Source: an uncultured bacterium
GTDB taxonomy: Bacteria > Krumholzibacteriota > Krumholzibacteriia > JACNKJ01
DNA: 64,000 nt
Assembly: GCA_963695095.1 (NCBI GenBank)
Contig: CAVOFT010000001.1
Coordinates: forward strand, 2,304,001 to 2,368,000
Direction: 5' to 3'
Shown one piece after another: positions 34,685-43,383 of the stretch. The position numbers and the translations under genes were made by a program. How positions within the stretch are numbered: position 1 is the first letter of the stretch; each line of letters begins with the position of its first letter. Below the pieces are notes generated by a model. That model saw only the letters and a list, made by a program, of their open reading frames with translations. It searched no databases and was not told the origin of the DNA.

Positions 34685-34724
34685 CGAATAAAGCAGGGCG
34701 AGCCTGGAATCGACGGCGGCAATC

Positions 34725-35738
34725 TCAGGCGGACGCCCCTGCCGACCTCAGCGCGGCGAAGCCGACGAGCCGGTTGGAGGTCTCGTCCCAGAGCCGGTAC
34801 TGCAAACTGCGGACACTGGCGCGCAGGGTGAGGGGGGGCACGCCGCGGAAGAGCGGACTGGAGCGGTGGCAGCGCTCGAGGAAGTAATTCGGGATCCGCG
34901 GGCTCAAATGGTGGATGTGATGGTAGCCGATATTGCCCGTGAACCACTGGAGAACCCGCGGCAGCTTGTAAAAGGAGGAGCCCCCCAGGGCCTGCTGGAG
35001 GTAGTCCCAGCGCCCGCCGCGGGCCCAGTAGGTGCCGTCGAAGGTATGCTGCACGTAGAAGAGCCAGATGCCCACGGTGCCCGCGATCAGGATCACAGGC
35101 AGCTGCAGGGCCAGGTAGGCCTTGAAGCCGATCGTCAGGCCCATCACCAGGGCGACGGCCGCCAGGCCGAGATTCGTCCACACCTTGCTCCAGCGCGCAC
35201 GGGCGCTCTCGCCGCGGTGCCAGAAGCGGTAGTTGAGGAGGAAGACATAGAACGGGCCCAGACCCAGCATCACGAGGGGGTGGCGATAGAGCCGGTAGGC
35301 CAGCCGCCGGTGGCGCGGCAGCGCCAGGTACTCGGCAATGGTGAGCGTCCAGATATCGCCGCTGCCCCGTCGGTCCAGATCCCCGGAGGTGGCGTGGTGG
35401 CGGGCGTGCTCCTGACTCCAGCCGGTCGAGGGCAGGAAGGTCATGAGGCCCGTGAAGTAGCCCACGAAACGGTTGGCCCAGCGCTCCCGGAAGAAGGAGC
35501 CGTGGCCGCAGTCGTGGCAGATGATGAAGCTGCGCACGAGGAAGCCCGCCGCCGGCAAGACGAGGGCCAGCGCCAGCCAGTAGGAAACACGCAGGCACAG
35601 GAGCATGGCGGCCCAGAGCAGCAGGTAGGGCAGCACGGAGGTCGCGATCTGCAGCAGGCTACGGGAGAGGCTGGGCCGCTCGAATGGAGCAACCGCGGCG
35701 CGCCAGTCGGCCTGGACGGCCTTCTTCGCCAAGCTCAT
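34725..35738 (-). CDS. Membrane fatty acid desaturase (Bacillus Des-like)
   Basis: Three His boxes HDCGH, HARHH, HHIHH; WLFYVQH; PRIPNY. Confidence 0.93.
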   Translation of the reverse strand: MSLAKKAVQADWRAAVAPFERPSLSRSLLQIATSVLPYLLLWAAMLLCLRVSYWLALALVLPAAGFLVRSFIICHDCGHGSFFRERWANRFVGYFTGLMTFLPSTGWSQEHARHHATSGDLDRRGSGDIWTLTIAEYLALPRHRRLAYRLYRHPLVMLGLGPFYVFLLNYRFWHRGESARARWSKVWTNLGLAAVALVMGLTIGFKAYLALQLPVILIAGTVGIWLFYVQHTFDGTYWARGGRWDYLQQALGGSSFYKLPRVLQWFTGNIGYHHIHHLSPRIPNYFLERCHRSSPLFRGVPPLTLRASVRSLQYRLWDETSNRLVGFAALRSAGASA

Positions 35739-35811
35739 GGAACCGCCTAGGCTGAAAGTTGAGCCCTGGCGGCCAGGAGGCCGCCAGGGACAGTCGACTC
35801 GGATAAGTCGG

Positions 35812-36162
35812 CTACCAGCGGCCCCCGCCGCCGCCGCCGCTGCGGCCACCGCCGCCGCCGCCACGCGGGCCGCCACCGCCGCCGCGCATGCCGCCGCCGC
35901 CACCGCCGCCACCGGTGCGCTCACGGCGCTCCTCGGCCTCGTTCACACGCAGGGCGCGGCCGCCCATCTCGTAGCCATCGAGGGCGGTGATCGCCGCCTG
36001 GTGATTCTCCATCTCGACGAAACCGAAGCCGCGGGGACGGCCCGTATCGCGGTCGGTGATCAGGGTGATGGAGTGCACCGTGCCGTGCTTGCTGAACAGC
36101 TCGCGCAGCTCGTCCTCGGTGGCCGTGAAAGGAAGGTTGCCCACGTAGAGCTTCTTGGTCAT
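35812..36162 (-). CDS. RRM RNA-binding protein with Gly-rich tail (copy 2)
   Basis: LYVGNL, RGFGFVEM, LRVNEA, long Gly/RGG tail. Confidence 0.95.
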   Translation of the reverse strand: MTKKLYVGNLPFTATEDELRELFSKHGTVHSITLITDRDTGRPRGFGFVEMENHQAAITALDGYEMGGRALRVNEAEERRERTGGGGGGGGMRGGGGGPRGGGGGGRSGGGGGGRW

Positions 36163-36350
36163 CAGGATCTCCGGATCGCCCCAGGTTCATCGACGGAGCA
36201 CTGGCGCGCACATTGGCGGCGAGTCGGCGCTCATAGCTTCTCGGGATTGCCTACCATGACCAGCGAATTCGCCGGCCACCGGGGCAGCGGATCGTGATTC
36301 GACGGGGGCGAAGCGGCGGATCCATCCTCGAGGAGTCGTCTGTAGCCCGC

Positions 36351-36379
36351 AATGTAGCCTACGGGAAGGGCCCTGTCAT
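36351..36379 (-). promoter_or_regulatory. Sigma70-type promoter of RRM copy 2
   Basis: Minus strand ATGACA-17 nt-TACATT, implying a leader of about 180 nt. Confidence 0.65.
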
Positions 36380-36382
36380 CGG

Positions 36383-36418
36383 AAAAAACTCAATTCAGGC
36401 GGGATCGGCCCTGAATTG
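36383..36418 (-). terminator. Intrinsic terminator after the FAD oxidoreductase
   Basis: CAATTCAGG/CCTGAATTG stem followed by TTTTTT on the minus strand. Confidence 0.65.
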
Positions 36419-36427
36419 CGCTCCGGC

Positions 36428-38273
36428 TCAGGGCGAGCGGTAGTCCAGGCTGAGCTCCCGGGCCACCCAGGCGCTGTCTCCCGCGAAGGGCGCTAGCTGG
36501 GCGGTGGCGAAGTCGGCGTCGGCGGGCGAGAGATCCCGGTACCAGTAGATGGGCACTCCCCGCGCGACCAGGGCCTCCTGCAGGGCCTGGACCGCGAGCG
36601 GATCGCCGTGGACGCTCTGCGGCAGCCCACCGGTCGCCAGGCAGTGGGCCGCGAGGCTACCGGCGGCCTCGCCGAGCGTCCACTCCACGGCATGCGTCCT
36701 CGTGGCCGCGCTGGCCAGCCGGGTAGCGCCCGCGCTCTTGCCCGCCGGGATCAGGTTCGTGGGTGCTTCGAGGACGAGCGCTCCCAGGGGAATCTGGAAG
36801 GGCAGCACGGCAATCGCGAGCGGCAGCTCCTCGCAGGGGCCCGGGTGGATGTCGATCGGATAGTCCCCCACCCCGATCGCGTCGGCGACGAAGGGCCCCC
36901 GCAGCCGGCCCGGGTTGGCCGCGGCGCTGAGATCCTGCTCCCGCAGGCGCTGACGCGTTCGTGCCCGCCGCGCTTCCCGCACATAGGGAAAGCGCGCCAG
37001 GCCGTCCTCGGTGCCCAGCGCATCCCGGTTCAAGGCCAACTCGGGATGCCCCACCCCATCGGCGTGCGGCGCCTCGGTCTGCAACCAGTAGAGGAAGCCC
37101 AGGCTGAGCTCCCGCGCCGCCAGCAGGTGCGCGAGCGAGGCGGAGGGGTCGTCCTCGAGGAGGCTGCCGCCGCGGTAGTCGATCGCCGGCCAGTTGATCA
37201 GGGCCAGATCGGAGGTCCTGGCTGCCGGCGCGGAAGAGCTTGCGATCGATGAGGCGGCGATAGGTCCAGAAGGAGCCGGGCAGATTCGGCGTCCGCGCGA
37301 AGACCCGGAACAGGGCGTAGCGCTGGCCGAAGCGCGCGTCGGGAAGCACGACGCGAGGGCCGAAGGGCTGCTGCTTGCGATTGGCGGCGTAGTTGCCCGG
37401 CTCCGGGATGAGCTGCAGTTCCCCTGGCCGCTGCTCGAGGACGAAGGGGTAGGTGAAGGCCTGCACGCAGTCCGGCCGTGCGCGGAGGGGCGCACTGGGC
37501 TCGCCGGCGTCCGTCTGGGCTTCCGCCCCGCTGGCGAAGGCGGCGCCGCTCAGCGGCAGGAGGTCCCCCAGCTCGCTGGCATCCAGGAAGAAGGCGGCTT
37601 CCACCCGGCAGAGACCGGCGCTGCCGAGGTCCACGAGATCGAGCCAGCGCAGGCGCTCAGCGACCCGGACAGCGCGCAGCGGCCGATGCCGCAGCAGGAT
37701 GGTGAGCCGGCCGGCGGCCACATGCGGCGCGAGCAGTGACTCGATCGCGCGCAGGGCAACGCGAGGCTCGCAGGCGAGGCTGCCCACCCAGCAGTTGCCG
37801 GGGTTGAGACGCGGGTCGGCCGCAGCGGCCGGCAGCAGGCGCGGGTCGCGGCGGTAGGCCTCGCGAATGGCCGCCCGCAGGGCCTGATAGCTGCGCGTGC
37901 CGCCGCAGCGCTCGACGAGCGGGCTCTCGTCGAAGGCGGCAATGCCCTGGACCGTCATCTGCCCGCCCAGCCAGTCCGTCTCCTCGCTCAGCACCACCCG
38001 GTAACCCGCCTCGCAGACTGCCAGGGCCGCCGCCACCCCGGCGAGACCGCCGCCGCAAATGGCGACATCGCCCTCGAAGCTGAGGGCCGGCACCCGCTGG
38101 TAGGGGACGCTCAGCACGCGGAGACCCTGGACGTCGAGGAGGGCTAGATCCGGCGACTTGGCCGCCGCGGCGAGCAGGTCCGTGGGCGCGATCAAGCCGG
38201 CGAGCCACAGAAGCGTCCAGCCTCCGGCCCGGGCGCGGCGGCGCGGACGCAGGACGGGACGCGGTCGCGACAT
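36428..38273 (-). CDS. FAD-dependent oxidoreductase; one frameshift near 37215
   Basis: GGGLAGVAAA, EETDWLGGQMT, DASELGDL; second frame has LINWPAIDY, PYVREARR, YPIDIH, PFQIPLGAL. Confidence 0.82.
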
Positions 38274-38312
38274 GGCGGCCTCGCGTTCCGGAATGGTGGC
38301 GGAACTATGGTA

Positions 38313-39824
38313 TCATGGTTGGGTGCGCCTGTCACCGCCGAAGGCGACCGTGGCCAGCTCGCGCAGGGCCATCTGCCCCTGGCGACTGTAGTCGATGGCC
38401 TCGGCCAGGATGCGGGCGGCCTCCTGCGGCGCGTGGAAGCCCATCGAGTTCTCGGCGTTGATGAAGTCGACGCGCCACTGGGCCTTGCGCTGGAACTCGA
38501 GCACCCCCTGCAGGCGCTCCTCGGCGACGCCGGCCAGCTTGGCCGCCGCCAGGTCGGCGATCAGCTGGACGATGGCGTCCTCGGCGCGACTCATCAGGGC
38601 GAAATTGCGCGCCTGGATCGTCTCCACGCGCTCCTTGAGCTCCGCCTCGGGGAAGCGGTGGCAGGTCTGGCAGGCGCGGGCGATGTTGAGCAGCGGACTG
38701 CGCACGTGGTGGTCGCTGATCTTGATCGCCCCTTCGCGCTGGTAGGGCATGTGGCAGTCCGCGCAGGCCACGCCCGAGCGGGCGTGGATGCCCTGGCTCC
38801 AGAGTTCGAACTCGGGGTGCTGGGCCTTCAGCGCCGGAGCGCCGGTCGCCGCGTGCTTCCAGTCGGAGAAGCGGCTGCCGTCGGGGAAGCGGTGCGCATC
38901 GTAGGTGGCTTCGATCTGCTCCACCTTCAGGCCCTGGTCCCAGGGGAAGAAGAGCGTCTCCTTGGGCCCGCAGTAGTACTCCACGTGGCACTGCCCGCAG
39001 ACCATCGAGCGCATCTCCTGGCGCGAGGCCTCGCGGTTGGCGTCGTAGGGCACGCGGCGGTCGCCGGCCCGCCACTTCTCGATCGAGGGCAGGTGCGGCA
39101 GCGGATCCGCGCTGGCGGCCAGGGCCGCGATGCCGCGGATGAAGCCCGGCTTGGTGACGCGCAGCTGCATGCTCTGGGGATCGTGGCAGTCGATGCAAGC
39201 GACGGGGTGCTCGACGAGCACTGTGGCTTCGCTGTAGGGCATCGCGCAGACGGCCTCGAAGCCCGCCATCAGCTGGGCCTGGGCGCTCTCGCTCAGGAAG
39301 GGATCGGCGAGGCTGCCCGGCGCCCCCTGCTTGAGGCCCTGCTCGCGGAAGGCGACCGTGTTGGAGGCATGACAGTGCAGACAGGCGCCCGGCTGCTTGC
39401 GCTCGGTGACGCGCTTGGTCGTCCGCTGGTCGTCGAGCATGTAGGCATGGCCGCGCCGCTCGCGGAAGTCGATGGCGAAGGCGTAGCCTGCGAACATCGT
39501 GACGAGGCGGGGATCCGCCTCGATGCGGCTGTCGGGCAGCGTCTCGCTACCCCAGCCGCCGAAGCGGGTGCCCGTGCGCTCGGCCGTGCGCAAGTAGGCG
39601 TCGTACTGGCGCGGGAAGTTCTTGCCCCAGACAGCGGGATCCACCGTCGTTTCATCCAGCTCGACGAGCTGCACGAAGGTCTGCTTCGCCTCCTGCTTGC
39701 GCGTCGAGATGTTCGCGTAGAGCAGGAGCAGCAGCACCGTGGCCAGGGCAGCGCCGAGGGCGACGAGGCCCAGCTTCATCACGATCGCGCCCGAGGCGCG
39801 CTTGTCTGCGGTCATGTCGGCCAT
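38313..39824 (-). CDS. nrfA: Ammonia-forming cytochrome c nitrite reductase, CxxCH first-heme variant
   Basis: MFAGYAF, RGHAYM, five heme motifs (CLHCH, CIDCH, CGQCHVEYY, CADCHMPY, CQTCH), LKAQHPEFE, ENSMGFHAP. Confidence 0.95.
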   Translation of the reverse strand: MADMTADKRASGAIVMKLGLVALGAALATVLLLLLYANISTRKQEAKQTFVQLVELDETTVDPAVWGKNFPRQYDAYLRTAERTGTRFGGWGSETLPDSRIEADPRLVTMFAGYAFAIDFRERRGHAYMLDDQRTTKRVTERKQPGACLHCHASNTVAFREQGLKQGAPGSLADPFLSESAQAQLMAGFEAVCAMPYSEATVLVEHPVACIDCHDPQSMQLRVTKPGFIRGIAALAASADPLPHLPSIEKWRAGDRRVPYDANREASRQEMRSMVCGQCHVEYYCGPKETLFFPWDQGLKVEQIEATYDAHRFPDGSRFSDWKHAATGAPALKAQHPEFELWSQGIHARSGVACADCHMPYQREGAIKISDHHVRSPLLNIARACQTCHRFPEAELKERVETIQARNFALMSRAEDAIVQLIADLAAAKLAGVAEERLQGVLEFQRKAQWRVDFINAENSMGFHAPQEAARILAEAIDYSRQGQMALRELATVAFGGDRRTQP

Positions 39825-39854
39825 CCTCCGCTGAGGGAATAGTGGTAGCAGAAG

Positions 39855-40352
39855 CTAGCGGCGCGGCCCATGGCCCACCTCCTGGTGGCACTGGACGCAG
39901 CCGTAGAGGTCGGCCCCACGCGTGGGGTCGCTGGGCACGCCCAGGGTGCCGTGGGCGCTGATCTCCGCGGTGAAGGCGCCGTGGCAACGGATGCAATTGG
40001 CCTCCAAGACGCCGGCGTTGGCGGGCTTGATGGCAATGGGCTCGTGGAAATCCTGCAGCGTGAAGGCCCGCGAGTGGTGGTAGCCATTCGCGGCCTTGAC
40101 GGCGAACTTGCCGGCCAGGCTCTCATGCGGCAGATGGCAGTCGTTGCAGACGGCCACCGCATGGTGGGAGCTGTGCTGCCAGCCGTCGAACTGCTCGCGC
40201 ATGATGTGGCAGTTGACGCAGGCCGCAGGGTCGTCGGAGAGATAGGAGCCGCCGTTGGCGGCGACGAAGGTGAAGCCCCCCACACCGGCGGCGGCGCCGA
40301 TGCCGAGGCTGGCCAGGACGGCGACGATGGCGAGCAGGCGGTTCGTCCTCAC
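39855..40352 (-). CDS. nrfH: Cytochrome c nitrite reductase small subunit
   Basis: N-terminal TM helix, SYLSDDPAACVNCHIM, CNDCH, CIRCH, CVQCH; upstream of nrfA. Confidence 0.95.
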   Translation of the reverse strand: MRTNRLLAIVAVLASLGIGAAAGVGGFTFVAANGGSYLSDDPAACVNCHIMREQFDGWQHSSHHAVAVCNDCHLPHESLAGKFAVKAANGYHHSRAFTLQDFHEPIAIKPANAGVLEANCIRCHGAFTAEISAHGTLGVPSDPTRGADLYGCVQCHQEVGHGPRR

Positions 40353-40406
40353 GCGGGGGCTCCTTCGGGACCGAGCATAGGATAGGAAGGGCCCGCCGGC
40401 CAAGCC

Positions 40407-40420
40407 TTGACTTGAGTCAA
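40407..40420. promoter_or_regulatory. FNR/CRP-family binding site upstream of nrfH
   Basis: Palindrome TTGAC-TTGA-GTCAA; candidate -10 TATCCT (minus strand) at 40379-40384. Confidence 0.72.
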
Positions 40421-40458
40421 GCCGGCGCCGCGGCGTGCGCTCAAGCGGCTGGCCGATA

Positions 40459-43197
40459 TCAGCGCAGAAGCAGGAGTCTCTGGACGCGAGTCTCGCCCTG
40501 CGCGGCGAGGCGCGCGAGGTAGAGGCCCGAGGCGAGCGGACGGCCGTCGTCATCGCGGCCGTCCCAGTGCCGCGTCTGGGCCCCCGCGGGCTGCATGGCC
40601 GCAAGCAGGGTGCGCACGCGCCTGCCGCTGACGTCGAGAATGCTGAGTTCGGCGGCACCCGGCGCCGGGAGCGTGAAGCTCAGCGTCGTGCTCGGATTGA
40701 AAGGGTTGGGATAGGCCGGCGCCAGGCCGAGCGCAGCGGGCGACGGGGCGGAACCCACGGGCGTCGCCACCCAGGGCTCAGCGCAGAAGTGCTCGAGCAG
40801 GAAGGCGCAGTTGCTGCGCAAGGCGCTGTGTTCCAGGCGGTAGGGCCGCGCGGCCAGGTAGATGAAATGGGCCCCTTCGGGTCGCTGCGCACCCCCACCC
40901 GGCGCCTGCGCGTGAACACCGAGGCCGCGCGGCGCGGCAAAGCCCGCATCGTCCACGAGCAGCAGATCGCTGTCCGGACCGACCGCCGGCCAGAAGACGT
41001 CGACGTTGTTCTGCAGACTCGTGAAGGGGAGATCCACCAAGGCCGGGTAGACCGCGCTGCAGGCGGCGAGGGTGGCATCGGTCTCCGCCCAGTCGATGCC
41101 GGCGTAGGCGGCGAACTCATCCCCGAGCCACTGCGCGCCACGGCGGCCGATGACGATCAGGTTCCCGCCGGCGACGAGGTAGTCGTAGAGCGGCGTCTCC
41201 TGCCAGTAGTGGCGGTCGCCGTACTCGTCGTCGGCGATCCAGATCACGGTCGAGTAGCGCGCAAGCACTTCGCCCGGCACGGCGCCGTGGCCGAGGGCCG
41301 GCGGCAGGTTGGCGGGCAGGGCGACGCCCGGCCAGGCATCGAAGCAGTCCCAGAAGCTGATCGGCAGGTCGCCCCAGAAGGCGCGGTCTGCATAGGCCGT
41401 CACGATCTCCTGCTTGCGCAGGCCCCAGTGCACGGCGTTGACGAGCAGGATGCCGCGGTCGAAGCTGGGCAGCGTGAGCGGACTGCGCGTGTGGCAGAGC
41501 AGCCAGCTCTCGGGGTCGAGCTGCACGAAGCTGGGCTCGCCGCCGGCCGGCAGCAGGTAGCTCTCGGTGGCCTGGCTGTTCTGCACGGTGAAGTCCTGCG
41601 TGTTGCCGGCCGCGTTCGTCACGCGGACATCGATGGGCAGGCTGAAGAGGCCGGCATCGCTTTGCACCTGATCGATCGTGAGCTCGATCCCCCCGGCCTG
41701 CGGCGTCCAGTGGTAGCGGTAGTCGGGCATCCCGCCGCCGTAGATCCATTCGGCGAAGAAGGCCTCCAGGTCGCGGCCGGAGGCCGCCTCGAGCGCGGCG
41801 CGGAACTGCTCGGTGGTCGCCGTGCCGAAAGCCTGGGCGGCGAGATAGGCGCGCAGGCCGGCGAAGAAGGCGCCGTCCCCCACGATGTGGCGCAGCATGT
41901 GGACGACCCAGGACGCCTTGTTGTAGGAGAGGTCGTGATCGAAGATGGGCTCGTTCTGCGGATCCTCGACGAAGATCGTGCCCTCGCCGTAGTAGGCAGC
42001 CAGCTCCATGTAGAGCTGGTACATCTCGAAGTGGCGGCTGTGCTCCATCCAGAAGGCCTCGGCCCAGGTGGCCAGCCCCTCGTTCAGCCAGATGTGCCCG
42101 AAATCCGCGCAGGTCACGAAATCGCCGAACCACTGGTGGGCCAGCTCGTGCGAGACGCCGTCTTCCCACCAGCCCCTGATGCTGGTCAGGGTCTGGTGCT
42201 CCATGCCGCCGCCCCAGAGGAAGTGCGCATGGCCGTACTTCTCCGCGACGAAGGGATACTCGCCGAAGGCGGGCGCGAAGAGGTTCAGCATGGGCACGGT
42301 CTTGGCGAAGATCGGCTGGCTGTCCGCCCACCAATCGGCGAAGACATAGTGCGTCACCGGCATCGGCGCGCCGCCGGCCTGGGGCGTGTAGGCCTCGGCG
42401 TGGACTTCGTAGGGATGGGCCGCGAGCGAGACCAGATAGGTGCAGATCGGGTAGTCGGAGTGCCAGTGGTAGGTCCGCGTGAGCCCGTTGTCCGTGAGGT
42501 TCCGCAGCAGACCGTTGCTGGCCACGATCAGAGCCGCCGGCACCGTCACATGCAGATCGAGCGAATCCGCCTTGTCCGTGGGGACATCCTTGCAGGGCCA
42601 CCAGGTGGGCGCGCCGAAGGGCTCGCTCTTGGTCCAGATCATCGGCTGCCCGGCGTGGCTGTCCCAGCCGAAGTAGCCGGTCTCGGGGCCGGCGGTGGGA
42701 TCCCCCCCATAGTCCACTGCCACGCTCATCAGCTCGCCGGGCTGGTAGACGCGATCGAGGGTCACGCTGAGCAGCGCCTCAGCGTGGCTGAAGCCCACGA
42801 CCTGGCCGCCGGACCGGGTTGCACTGACCGTCAGCTGGTCCGCCAGGTCGAGAATGAGCTCGGCCAGGGGGGAGCTGCCGACGCTGGCCAGCAGCGTGAG
42901 CGTGCCGCTGAGCTGCTGGGTGGCCGGGACGAGAGTGAGCGCGAGATCGTAATGGTGAACGTCGTAGGCGGCGTCATCGCGGGCGGCGCGTCCGGTGCCG
43001 AGCAGCCAGCCGCGGGCGAGCGGCTCCTTGGCCGCGGCCTCGGCCCGGCGCGCCTCGAGCAGGCCTGGCGCCAGCTCCGCGCCCTCCCCCGTCTGCGCCT
43101 GCGCCGGGCCGCCGAGCAGTAAGGCACAGGCAAGCAGCGCCGGTCTGAACTGCCGCCAGCGCCACTCTTGCCGCGGGGAACCGAGCCTATCGGGCAT
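40459..43197 (-). CDS. M1 family aminopeptidase with FlgD-Ig C-terminal domain
   Basis: YDVHHYDL, GGMEH, HELAHQWFG, WLNEGLA, YNKAS; YPNPFNP...QRLLLLR. Confidence 0.9.
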   Translation of the reverse strand: MPDRLGSPRQEWRWRQFRPALLACALLLGGPAQAQTGEGAELAPGLLEARRAEAAAKEPLARGWLLGTGRAARDDAAYDVHHYDLALTLVPATQQLSGTLTLLASVGSSPLAELILDLADQLTVSATRSGGQVVGFSHAEALLSVTLDRVYQPGELMSVAVDYGGDPTAGPETGYFGWDSHAGQPMIWTKSEPFGAPTWWPCKDVPTDKADSLDLHVTVPAALIVASNGLLRNLTDNGLTRTYHWHSDYPICTYLVSLAAHPYEVHAEAYTPQAGGAPMPVTHYVFADWWADSQPIFAKTVPMLNLFAPAFGEYPFVAEKYGHAHFLWGGGMEHQTLTSIRGWWEDGVSHELAHQWFGDFVTCADFGHIWLNEGLATWAEAFWMEHSRHFEMYQLYMELAAYYGEGTIFVEDPQNEPIFDHDLSYNKASWVVHMLRHIVGDGAFFAGLRAYLAAQAFGTATTEQFRAALEAASGRDLEAFFAEWIYGGGMPDYRYHWTPQAGGIELTIDQVQSDAGLFSLPIDVRVTNAAGNTQDFTVQNSQATESYLLPAGGEPSFVQLDPESWLLCHTRSPLTLPSFDRGILLVNAVHWGLRKQEIVTAYADRAFWGDLPISFWDCFDAWPGVALPANLPPALGHGAVPGEVLARYSTVIWIADDEYGDRHYWQETPLYDYLVAGGNLIVIGRRGAQWLGDEFAAYAGIDWAETDATLAACSAVYPALVDLPFTSLQNNVDVFWPAVGPDSDLLLVDDAGFAAPRGLGVHAQAPGGGAQRPEGAHFIYLAARPYRLEHSALRSNCAFLLEHFCAEPWVATPVGSAPSPAALGLAPAYPNPFNPSTTLSFTLPAPGAAELSILDVSGRRVRTLLAAMQPAGAQTRHWDGRDDDGRPLASGLYLARLAAQGETRVQRLLLLR

Positions 43198-43308
43198 GCC
43201 GTCTCCTGTCGGTCGGTCCAGGCCCCCACCTCCCACCAGCGCTGCTCCCCATTATAGCCGGAATCCGGCGGTGCCGGGGCCGCGAACTCGGCGCTGCTGC
43301 TGGCGGGC

Positions 43309-43343
43309 AAAGAGAAGGGAGGCGACCCCCAGGGCCGCCTCCC
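43309..43343 (-). terminator. Intrinsic terminator after the M12-like protease
   Basis: GGGAGGCG/CGCCTCCC stem followed by TTCTCTTT on the minus strand. Confidence 0.6.
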
Positions 43344-43383
43344 GATTCACCGCAGCGCGCCAGGCAGCGCCAATCGCGCGTGC

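Noticed and set aside
34160..35915. GCC-type tandem runs near 34160-34215 and 35820-35915
   Set aside because: They encode the Gly-rich tails of the RRM proteins and are not independent repeats.
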